In this document: positions 1-8,393 of the stretch, piece after piece
Numbering within the stretch: position 1 is the stretch's first letter
How the letters are laid out: every line of letters starts with the position of its first letter
Origin: an uncultured Planctomycetaceae bacterium
GTDB lineage: Bacteria; Planctomycetota; Planctomycetia; Pirellulales; UBA1268
DNA: 44,861 nucleotides
Direction of reading: 5' to 3'
NCBI GenBank assembly: GCA_963923225.1
Contig: CAWUOA010000001.1
Coordinates: 1-44,861 of the forward strand
The notes under the pieces: model-generated
Seen by the model: the letters and a program-made list of their open reading frames with translations, nothing else
Database searches by the model: none
What the model was told of the DNA's origin: nothing
Made by a program: the position numbers and the translations under genes

Positions 1-2
1 CG

Positions 3-200
3 AGCGCCCTGACCGGCCCGTTCGGCTCGGCCCAGGAGTTCGGCGGCGGCTTCAACTGGTACCTCCACCGGACCCGTCAGAACCGCTTCACCTTCGAGAC
101 GTTGTGGATCGATTCGAGCCCGGCCCAGAATCCGCTCTATCCTTACCGGGCCGGGTTCACCGGCACGGCGATCCAAGCGCAGTACATGGTCATTTTCTAG
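3..200 (+). CDS. C-terminal fragment of an outer-membrane beta-barrel / porin-like protein (5' end lies outside the window)
   Basis: Frame 3 is open from the window edge to TAG 198-200. It is absent from the ORF track because it has no start. The translation ...GGGFNWYLHRTRQNRFTFETLWIDSSPAQNPLYPYRAGFTGTAIQAQYMVIF* has alternating aromatic/polar strand-like segments and a terminal Phe, the classical OMP C-terminal signature. Confidence 0.45.
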   Translation, partial: SALTGPFGSAQEFGGGFNWYLHRTRQNRFTFETLWIDSSPAQNPLYPYRAGFTGTAIQAQYMVIF

Positions 201-272
201 CCCGCGCGTCGGAAGCCATCCCCACCCCACGCGCGGGGCGACGCTTCCGTCCTCTAGGTCCCCGGAGCCACC

Positions 273-1220
273 ATGCCCTTCCTCCGCCACGCCCCCCCGA
301 TCCGCTTCGCCGCCCCGGGGCTCCATCCCGGCGGCTTCACCTGGTCGGAGGCGCTCGGGGCCTTTCTCGTCTGCTCGCAGCGGCAGGGAAAGCTCGTGCT
401 CGTGGAGAAGGACGGCCGCTGCGTCGATCTCCTCGACCATGCCGATCTGGTCACGTCGATGGCGGTGCGGGAGCGCGACGGGAAGGCGTACGTCGCCGTG
501 GGCCACCGGGGGAGCGGGGGCAGGAGCGCGTCGCCGAAGAAGTCCCCCGGTGACGACACGATCCTGCGGATCGGCCGGCTGTGCGTCTTCGACATCGCCT
601 CCCGCCGTCATCTGCGCACGCACGAACTGTCGCGGATCGTGGCCGGCCCGCACCTGGTCCTGCCGGACGATCTCGCCGTGGGGGGCGACGGCACGGTGTG
701 GCTCACCGACGCCTGCCGGCCGGTGGTCTACCGCGTGCCCCCTCCCGGCCGTGCCGGCCCGCATCTGTTCCTCGCCGACGACCGGCTCGGCGGCAACGAC
801 GGCTCCTCCGGGCGGATCGGCGGGATCACGCTCGTGGAGGACCGCTTCCTCCTCCTCTCGAGCGCCGGCGACGGGACGCTCTTCAAGGCCCCGCTCGAGA
901 ACCCGCACGAGTTCCGCCCGGTGGGGATCCCGCATCCCTTCCCCGGCGCCGACGCGATCGAGTTCGGCGCCGACGGATTCCTCTATCTCGCCGCCGACGC
1001 CCCGGGCGGGGCCGCGGGCGCCGTGTGGCGGCTCGCGCCGGACGAGCACTTCGAGAGCGTCCGCGTGGCGGCGGTCGACGCCCGCGCGGCGGTCGGCCGT
1101 CCGTCGGGGCTCGCCTTCGCCTCGCACCGCGCCTGGTCGATCGACGGCAGGGTCGCCGAGGAGCAGCTGCGGGGCGTCGACTCGGGCGACTGGTCGATCG
1201 TCCCCTTCGAGGCCGGCTGA
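273..1220 (+). CDS. hypothetical protein with beta-propeller-like repeats (SMP-30/gluconolactonase-like flavour, weak)
   Basis: 315-aa ORF. ATG 273 is preceded by GGAG (264-267) with a 5-nt spacer. Repeated motifs such as DGTVWLTDA, GGITLVEDRFLLLSS and ADGFLYLAAD resemble propeller blades. It converges on carA. Confidence 0.55.
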   Translation: MPFLRHAPPIRFAAPGLHPGGFTWSEALGAFLVCSQRQGKLVLVEKDGRCVDLLDHADLVTSMAVRERDGKAYVAVGHRGSGGRSASPKKSPGDDTILRIGRLCVFDIASRRHLRTHELSRIVAGPHLVLPDDLAVGGDGTVWLTDACRPVVYRVPPPGRAGPHLFLADDRLGGNDGSSGRIGGITLVEDRFLLLSSAGDGTLFKAPLENPHEFRPVGIPHPFPGADAIEFGADGFLYLAADAPGGAAGAVWRLAPDEHFESVRVAAVDARAAVGRPSGLAFASHRAWSIDGRVAEEQLRGVDSGDWSIVPFEAG

Positions 1221-1233
1221 CGGGCCCTTCGGC

Positions 1234-2376
<1,143 letters not shown>

Positions 2377-2461
2377 GCCCGTCCTCCTGCCGCTTTTTCC
2401 CGGCCGAAACGCCGCCGGGGCAATCCTACCACGGTGGCTGCGGCTGTCAGGGGGGCGAGGC

Positions 2462-3295
2462 TCACTCGGCCGGGGTGGGCTGCGGGCCGGGGGCGGGATC
2501 GAGGACCGCCTTCTTCTCCGCCTCGGTGAGCCGCAGGGCCGGCACCGGCTCGCCGTCGTCCTGGAGCTTCCCGGCGGCCCACAGGGTGCCGCGCGTGACG
2601 AGCCCGAGGAACTCCGGGGTGGCCACCGTCTCGGCGTAGTGGCCGATCGTGGTGCCGAAGACGCGGGTCTTGTCGTACTGGTTGGTCCAGATGCAGGTCT
2701 GCATGGCGTTGCGGTCGGTGCTCATCGCCTCGCCGAGCGGGGTGGCGGTCGACCAGACCTTGTCGGAGTAGTAGAGCTCCTCCTTCGGCACCTCCCACTC
2801 GAGCGGCAGCCCCGCGAGCACCGGATGCTTGCCGACGAGCTTGCAGGTGTAGGCGTAGTGGGCACCGTGGCCGGGGGAGGTGATCCCGCAGAACTTGAAC
2901 CACTCGTCGTTGCCGGCGCGGTAGCAGTGCATCGCGCAGTGCATCAGCACCGCCGGCACCCCCTTCTTGTGCTCGGCGAGGATCTTCTCGAGGAACTTCG
3001 GATCCTTGACGTCGGAGAAGCACTCGTTGTGGAACACCACGTCGTAGCCCTTCGACCAGTCGGGCTTCTCGTAGATCGAGATCGGGTGATTGGTCGAGGT
3101 GCCCCCCTCGTGGACGACGGTGCAGCGGATCCGGGCCCGCGCCGCCATGCCGCGCGTGATCATCGCCTTCTGGGCGTCGTAGTCGTGGCAGCAGCCGCCG
3201 GTGACATAGAGCACCTCGAGCGGCTTGGCCGGCTCCGCGCCGCGGGCGGCGATGGAAGAGAGGAGAATCGCGAGGGCGAGAGCGACGCGGCGCAT
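2462..3295 (-). CDS. secreted ThuA-domain (trehalose-utilisation-like) protein
   Basis: 277 aa. Sec-type signal MRRVALALAILLSSIAARGAEP. The body (LYVTGGCCHDYD..., VVFHNECF, LMHCAMHCY) looks like the ThuA fold family common in Planctomycetes. AAGGAG sits 7 nt upstream of ATG 3295. Confidence 0.7.
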   Translation of the reverse strand: MRRVALALAILLSSIAARGAEPAKPLEVLYVTGGCCHDYDAQKAMITRGMAARARIRCTVVHEGGTSTNHPISIYEKPDWSKGYDVVFHNECFSDVKDPKFLEKILAEHKKGVPAVLMHCAMHCYRAGNDEWFKFCGITSPGHGAHYAYTCKLVGKHPVLAGLPLEWEVPKEELYYSDKVWSTATPLGEAMSTDRNAMQTCIWTNQYDKTRVFGTTIGHYAETVATPEFLGLVTRGTLWAAGKLQDDGEPVPALRLTEAEKKAVLDPAPGPQPTPAE

Positions 3296-3458
3296 GAATG
3301 AGCTCCTTCAGGGGAGCGGGGAGGATACCACGGCGGCGGACCGGACAGGCCATGTCCACGCCGGCGGTGCAGGTCGCATGCCGCGGTTTTCCGATCCGTC
3401 CGATCCCCATGACGGCGGCGGGGTTGCGATCGAAACGGCGCGCGGCGCGGCGGCGGAC

Positions 3459-3489
3459 TTGCGGTCTTTTCGCGGCTCGGTGCTAGAAT
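3459..3489 (+). promoter_or_regulatory. candidate sigma70-type promoter with extended -10 (TGCTAGAAT) and weak -35 (TTGCGG)
   Basis: TGCTAGAAT at 3481-3489 matches the extended -10 pattern TGnTAnAAT, an AT-rich island in GC-rich DNA. TTGCGG at 3459-3464 gives a 19-nt spacer (long). A G-run (GGGGCG) starts at 3491. Confidence 0.35.
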
Positions 3490-3490
3490 A

Positions 3491-3792
3491 GGGGCGTCGC
3501 CGAGTCGCGGTCGAAAGGCCGCGAACGGGGGACCCAACGGTGCGGCCGCAGCCACCTTCGAGGTGTCGGCCGTGCCAGGGGCGCAGGAGCACGCGAGTGC
3601 TCCGGGGTACTTTCAAGCCCTAGCCCGTCAGCTAACCCCGTAGGCCGTTGGTCGGACGCGGTGTCCGGCCCGATTTGAAAGGGCATTCTCTGTCCTCCCT
3701 CTCGGGGAGGCAGGTTCGCCCCGGTTCGCGAGAGGGCGTTCTCACCCGGTGGCCGTCCGTGCCGCCGCGCAGGGCCCCCTCCTCGCCGGAGG
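3491..3792 (+). ncRNA. unassigned, highly structured 5' leader or ncRNA upstream of the flotillin gene
   Basis: About 300 nt with no credible ORF. GNRA-capped hairpins at 3507-3522 (GCGGUC-GAAA-GGCCGC) and 3586-3603 (GGAGCAC-GCGA-GUGCUCC). Further hairpins at 3652-3668 and 3694-3710. A CCUCC/GGAGG hairpin at 3778-3792 buries the Shine-Dalgarno sequence. An alternative long-range helix pairs 3527-3535 with 3772-3779. Confidence 0.35.
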
Positions 3793-3799
3793 CCATCAC

Positions 3800-6037
3800 G
3801 TGGGTTTCGTCGGTTTCCTCGCGGGGAGCCACTCCCCGCTCCCGTCGGTCGAGTCGAGTTCCGTTTCGCTTCCCCTGGCTCTGGCCATTCCGGCGGAACT
3901 GCTCGCCTGGTGGCCCGTCTGGCTCCTGGGCGCGGCATGTCTCGCCTTCTGGCTCTGCTTCCGCTGGATTCCCAACGACCGCGTCGGCGTCGTGGAGAAG
4001 TGGTGGAGCCTCGCCGGCAGCGTGCCGGAGGGGCGGATCATCGCCACCGGCCCCGAGGCCGGCTACCGGGCCGACATCCTCCGCGGTGGCTTGCACTTCG
4101 GCTGGTGGCGCTGGCAGTACGCCATCCACACCGTGCCGCTGGTGACGATTCCCGAAGGGAAGATCGGCTACGTCTTCGCCCGTGACGGCGAGCCGCTCCC
4201 CGCCAGCCAGACCCTCGCCCGCGTCGTCGACGCCGCGAACTTCCAGGACCCCCGCGCGTTCCTCGATCCGGCCGTGCCCGCGGGACGCCGGGGTCAGAAG
4301 GGTCGCCAGCGCGCGATCCTCCGCGAAGGCGTCTATGCCGTGAACCCGGCGCTGTTCACGGTGATCAGCGACAACGCCGTCTTCGCGCTGCGGGCGCTGC
4401 AGACGCGCGGCGAACAGGAATCGCTCGCCCGCTGGCTGGGCGAACTGCGCGACGTGCAGGGGTTCGATCCGATCGTCATCGGCCGCGGCCGGGCCGAGGA
4501 GGCCGAGGGCCAAGGAGACGCCGGCACCGACACCATCGGCATCGTCACCGTCCACGACGGCCCGTCGCTGCCGCCGGGGGAGATCATCGCCCCCACCGTC
4601 GGCGGCGACCTCGCCGACCCCGACTACCACAACAACTACCAGGACCCGGAGGCCTTCCTCCGCGCCGGCGGCCGCCGCGGCCGCCAGCACATGCCCCTCA
4701 CCGACGGCACCTACTTCGTCAACCGCTGGTTCGCCACGGTGGAGACGATCCCCAAGACGGTGGTGCCGATCGGCTCGGTGGGCGTGGTGGTGAGCTACAT
4801 CGGCCGCAGCGGCGCCGACGTCTCGGGCCAGGCCTTCCGCCACGGCGAGCGCGTGGCCGAGGGGGAGCGCGGCGTGTGGGAGCGGGCCCTCGGCCCGGGC
4901 AAGTACGCCTTCAACACCTACGCCGGCAACGTCGTCCTCGTGCCGACGACGAACTTCGTCCTCCACTGGGTGACGGGGCGGAGCGAGTCGCACCGCTACG
5001 ACGAGAGCCTCAAGAGCATCGAACTGGTGACGCGTGACGCCTACGAGCCCTCCCTGCCGCTCTCGGTGGTGGTCCACATCGACTACCAGCGCGCCCCGAG
5101 CGTCATCCAGCGCTTCGGCGACGTGCAGCGGCTCATCACCCAGACCCTCGACCCGATGCTCTCGGCGTACTTCCGCGACATCGCCCACAAGAAGACGATG
5201 CTCGAGCTCCTCCACGACCGCGACCTGATCCAGGCCGAGGCGCGACAGGAGCTGCGCGACAAGTTCCACGGCTTCGACATCGAGTGCGTCGACGTCCTCA
5301 TCGGCAAGCCGGAGACCGGCAAGGACTCGGGCAAGATCGAGACCCTCCTCGACCAGCTCCGCGAGCGGCAGCTCTCGGTGGAGCAGCTCGAGACCTTCGA
5401 GCGGAAGCGCGTGGCCTCGGAAAAGATGCGCCTCCTCGCCGAGGCGCAGGCCCAGGCCACGATGCAGACGCAGCTCACCAACGCCCGCGTCGAGGCGCAG
5501 ATCGCCGAGCAGCAGGGCGAGGCCGACCTCTACCGGGCCCGCAAGCAGGCCGAGCAGATGGTGGTCATGGCCGAGGCGGAGCTGTCGCGGTCGCGGCTCC
5601 AGGCGGAGCAGCGCGTGCTCCTGGCAGAGGCCGACGCGCGGCAGAAGGAGCTCGAGGGGCGCGGCGAGGGGCAGAAGGTGATGCAGGTCGGCCTCTCCGA
5701 GGCGGCGGTGCAGTTCAAGAAGATCTCGAGCTACGGCGACCCGCGCCTTTACGCGCTCGCCGAGGTGGCCGAGAGCCTCTCGGCGAGCGCCCAGCCGCTG
5801 GTGCCCGAGCGCCTCTTCGTCACCGGCGGAGAGGGGAAGGAGACGGGCGGCCAGGGGATGCTCGGCACGCTCCTGAGCCTGCTCGTGGCGGAGAAGAGCG
5901 GCCTGGGATCGGCGACCCTCGACGACTCCGACCCGCTCAAGCGCTACGCCGACACGATGAGCGAGCGGGTCCTCGCGGCGATGGCCGAGGGATCCTCCGC
6001 AAGCGACACACGGTCCGGGAATCAGCCGGCCGCGTAG
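3800..6037 (+). CDS. flotillin-like SPFH/Band-7 family membrane protein with a C-terminal EA-rich coiled coil
   Basis: I prefer in-frame GTG 3800 (GGAGG at 3788-3792, 7-nt spacer) over the track start 3749. There is an N-terminal TM segment (LLAWWPVWLLGAACLAFWLCF). The SPFH-like core includes VGVVEKWW and IELVTRDAYEPSLPLSVVVHIDY. A long AEAQAQA...AEQQGEADLYRARKQAEQ heptad region is typical of flotillin/YqiK. Confidence 0.85.
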   Translation: MGFVGFLAGSHSPLPSVESSSVSLPLALAIPAELLAWWPVWLLGAACLAFWLCFRWIPNDRVGVVEKWWSLAGSVPEGRIIATGPEAGYRADILRGGLHFGWWRWQYAIHTVPLVTIPEGKIGYVFARDGEPLPASQTLARVVDAANFQDPRAFLDPAVPAGRRGQKGRQRAILREGVYAVNPALFTVISDNAVFALRALQTRGEQESLARWLGELRDVQGFDPIVIGRGRAEEAEGQGDAGTDTIGIVTVHDGPSLPPGEIIAPTVGGDLADPDYHNNYQDPEAFLRAGGRRGRQHMPLTDGTYFVNRWFATVETIPKTVVPIGSVGVVVSYIGRSGADVSGQAFRHGERVAEGERGVWERALGPGKYAFNTYAGNVVLVPTTNFVLHWVTGRSESHRYDESLKSIELVTRDAYEPSLPLSVVVHIDYQRAPSVIQRFGDVQRLITQTLDPMLSAYFRDIAHKKTMLELLHDRDLIQAEARQELRDKFHGFDIECVDVLIGKPETGKDSGKIETLLDQLRERQLSVEQLETFERKRVASEKMRLLAEAQAQATMQTQLTNARVEAQIAEQQGEADLYRARKQAEQMVVMAEAELSRSRLQAEQRVLLAEADARQKELEGRGEGQKVMQVGLSEAAVQFKKISSYGDPRLYALAEVAESLSASAQPLVPERLFVTGGEGKETGGQGMLGTLLSLLVAEKSGLGSATLDDSDPLKRYADTMSERVLAAMAEGSSASDTRSGNQPAA

Positions 6038-6090
6038 CGGTCCGCGGCGGCCGCGAGGGACTTGAGCCCCTCCGGCCGCCGCCCCGCCCA

Positions 6091-6136
6091 GGCTGCCGGG
6101 AGGGGACGAAGCCCTCCCGGCAGCCTTTTCCTTTTC
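6091..6136 (+). terminator. rho-independent terminator downstream of the flotillin gene
   Basis: Perfect 14-bp stem GGCUGCCGGGAGGG (6091-6104) / CCCUCCCGGCAGCC (6112-6125), a 7-nt loop, then UUUUCCUUUUC (6126-6136). Confidence 0.85.
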
Positions 6137-6222
6137 ACGACGGGGACCGGGACGGGCACGCCGCAGCGGAGCAACGACCGGCCGGCATCCCGTATCCTGC
6201 TGACGCACACAGGAGCCCCCCC

Positions 6223-8364
6223 ATGCGCGCGACGACCATCCTCCTCCTCGCCTCCCTCGCCCTCACGGGGCCCCTCCGCGCCGCGGAGCCGGCCGCCAAG
6301 CGGCCGATGGAGATCGCCGACCTCTTCCGCTTCGTCCGCATCGCCGACCCGCAGCTCTCCCCCGACGGCACGCTCGTGGTGTGGCAGGCCGCCACCGTGA
6401 TCCAAGAGTCGAACGGCTCGAGCTCGTCCCTCTGGATCGCACCGGCCGACGGCTCGCAGGCGCCGCGGGCGCTGACCACCGTCGCCGGCACCACCAAGGA
6501 CGCCCGGCCGCGGTGGAGCCCCGACGGCTCGCGGATCCTCTTCCAGTCCGACCGCAGCGGCACCTCCCAGCTCTGGACCGTGCCCGCCGCCGGCGGCACG
6601 CCGACGCGCCTCACCGACGTCTCCACCGGCGCCGAGGACGCCGTGTGGAGCCCCGACGGCTCCCGCATCGCCTTCGTGTCGACGGTGTGGCCGGAGTTCT
6701 CGGCGCTCCCCTTCGCCGAGAGCGACAAGGCCAACGCCGAACGGGCCAAGGCGCTCGCCGCCGATCCGGTGAAGGTCCGCGTCTCCGAGCGGCTCTTCCA
6801 CCGCCACTGGGACGACCACGTCGGCGGCAAGCGCCGGCATCTGTTCGTCTGTGACGCAACCGGCGCCGACTGCCGTGACGTCACTCCGGGCGACCGCGAC
6901 GCCTCCCCCACGAGCAAGACCTTCTCCGTCGCCGACGATCACTGCTTCGCGCCCGACTCGCGGCACCTGATCTTCACCGCCGTGCCGGCCGAGGGGGAGG
7001 CCTGGAGCACCGACCACGACCTGTGCGTCGCGGCGATCGACGCCCCGAGCGTCGACTGGAAGTCGCTCACCGCCTCCAATCCCGCCGCCGACAACGGCCC
7101 GCGGCGGAGCCCCGACGGGAAGCGACTCGCCTGGCGGGCCCAGTCGAAGCCCGGCTACGAGGCCGACAAATGGGACGTGCTCGTGGCCGATCTCCGCCCC
7201 GACGGCACGCTCGCGGGCAAGCCACGGAACCTCACATCCGCCGCCGACGTCTCGGCGGGGGAGATCGCCTGGCTCGAGGATGCCGACTTCAAGCCCTTCG
7301 TCGCCTTCCTCTACGAGGAGAAGGGCTCCGCCTTCCTCGGCAAGGCGTTCCTCGACTCGCGCGGGGTGCAGTTCGACCGCCACTGGCCCGGCACGCTCGT
7401 CGGGCTCTCGACGAGCGGCATCTCCGCCGCCTTCCAGGTCGTGCGGATGGACAGCCCCGCGGAGGTCGTGGCCGTCGCCACGGTCGACGCCGGCGGCCGC
7501 GGCACCTCGGCCCGTGTGCCGGTGAGCCGCACCAACGACGCGCTCCTTGCCGCGATCGACCTCCCCCGCCCGCGCGCCGTGGAGGTGCCGGTGGAGGGGG
7601 ACGTGACGATGCACATGTGGATCCTCGAACCGCCGGGCTTCGATCCGGCGAAGAAGTGGCCGGTGGTGTACCTCGTCCACGGCGGCCCGCAGGGGGCCTG
7701 GGAGGACGGCTGGAGCTATCGTTGGAACCCGGAGCTGTGGGCCGCGCGCGGCTACGTCGTCGTGATGCCCAATCCGCGCGGCTCGACCGGATTCGGCCAG
7801 CGGTTCGTCGACGAGATCTCCGGCGACTGGGGGGGGAAGTGTTACCGCGACCTCGTCGCCGGCCTCGACGCCGTCACGGCGCTCCCCTTCGTCGACGCCG
7901 ACCGCGTCGCCACCGCCGGAGCGAGCTTCGGCGGCTACATGATGAACTGGTTCGCGGTCAACGACGTCGCCCCGCGTTTCGCCTGCATCGTCAACCACTG
8001 CTCGGTGTGGAACTTCGAGAGCATGTGGGGCACGACCGACGAGTTGTGGTTCGACGAGAACGACCACGGCGGCCTGCCCTGGGAGCACCCCGACCGCTAC
8101 CGGGAGTTCAGCCCGCACGTCCGCGCCGGGGAGCTCGGCCGCCACAAGGTGCCGATGCTCGTGATCCACAACGATCTCGACTTCCGCTGCCCCATCGGCC
8201 AGGGGCACGAGCTCTTCTCGGCGCTCGAGCGCCAGGGGGTCGAGAGCCGGTTCGTGAACTTCCCCGACGAGGGTCACTGGGTGAACAAACCGGCCAACGC
8301 GCGGCGCTGGCACGAGGAGGTGTTCGCCTGGCTCGACCGCTTCTGCCCGCCGGGGGGCCGGTGA
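6223..8364 (+). CDS. secreted S9-family serine peptidase (prolyl oligopeptidase / acylaminoacyl-peptidase type) with an N-terminal TolB-like beta-propeller
   Basis: ATG 6223 with AGGAG at 6211-6215; the track ORF starting at 5284 is an upstream run-on. Signal MRATTILLLASLALTGPLRAAEP. PD40-like repeats (PRWSPDGSRILFQSDRSG, AVWSPDGSRIAFVS, RRSPDGKRLAW). Catalytic GxSxGG (AGASFGGYM), then HNDLDFRCP and DEGHWV. Confidence 0.9.
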   Translation: MRATTILLLASLALTGPLRAAEPAAKRPMEIADLFRFVRIADPQLSPDGTLVVWQAATVIQESNGSSSSLWIAPADGSQAPRALTTVAGTTKDARPRWSPDGSRILFQSDRSGTSQLWTVPAAGGTPTRLTDVSTGAEDAVWSPDGSRIAFVSTVWPEFSALPFAESDKANAERAKALAADPVKVRVSERLFHRHWDDHVGGKRRHLFVCDATGADCRDVTPGDRDASPTSKTFSVADDHCFAPDSRHLIFTAVPAEGEAWSTDHDLCVAAIDAPSVDWKSLTASNPAADNGPRRSPDGKRLAWRAQSKPGYEADKWDVLVADLRPDGTLAGKPRNLTSAADVSAGEIAWLEDADFKPFVAFLYEEKGSAFLGKAFLDSRGVQFDRHWPGTLVGLSTSGISAAFQVVRMDSPAEVVAVATVDAGGRGTSARVPVSRTNDALLAAIDLPRPRAVEVPVEGDVTMHMWILEPPGFDPAKKWPVVYLVHGGPQGAWEDGWSYRWNPELWAARGYVVVMPNPRGSTGFGQRFVDEISGDWGGKCYRDLVAGLDAVTALPFVDADRVATAGASFGGYMMNWFAVNDVAPRFACIVNHCSVWNFESMWGTTDELWFDENDHGGLPWEHPDRYREFSPHVRAGELGRHKVPMLVIHNDLDFRCPIGQGHELFSALERQGVESRFVNFPDEGHWVNKPANARRWHEEVFAWLDRFCPPGGR

Positions 8365-8393
8365 GCGGCGCCGGGCCACGAGGAGACCGATCG

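Noticed and set aside
3491-3860. tmRNA (ssrA). The 5' end GGGGCGUCGCCGAGUCGCGGUCGAAAGG...GCGAAC...ACCCAACGGUGCGGCCG resembles the E. coli tmRNA 5' region, and a CGGACGCGG 9-mer matches the pre-T-arm sequence.
   Set aside because: There is no T-arm (GGUUCGAnUCC-like loop) and no 3' acceptor strand complementary to GGGGCGU followed by (A)CCA. There is no A-rich resume region. No reading frame ends in a typical ...(A/V)AA tag; the candidate frames end ...RQLTP*, ...TFKP* or ...GPI*. The resemblance is probably chance in GC-rich structured RNA.
3491-3880. RNase P RNA, SRP (4.5S) RNA, 6S RNA, or cobalamin / c-di-GMP / ZTP-type riboswitches
   Set aside because: The universally conserved cores are absent: GAGGAAAGUCCGGGCUCC (CR-I) and ACAGAAnCCGGCUUA for RNase P, GGAA-tetraloop/AGCA for SRP, the B12 box, and the GEMM GCAAA / ACGCAAAGC motifs. 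A full-length RNase P RNA would also have to run into the flotillin coding region.
5284-8364. Very long N-terminal extensions suggested by the track. Examples are 5284 for the peptidase, 7023 for the esterase, 15335 for tmk, 29543 for a GT, 32360 and 34060 for the oxidoreductase and lyase-fold genes, and 41135 for the last GT.
   Set aside because: The extensions overlap the preceding real genes in another frame and translate to Arg/Pro-rich junk. Internal ATG/GTG starts give signal peptides or canonical N-termini, often with GGAGG-type SD sites or ATGA coupling.
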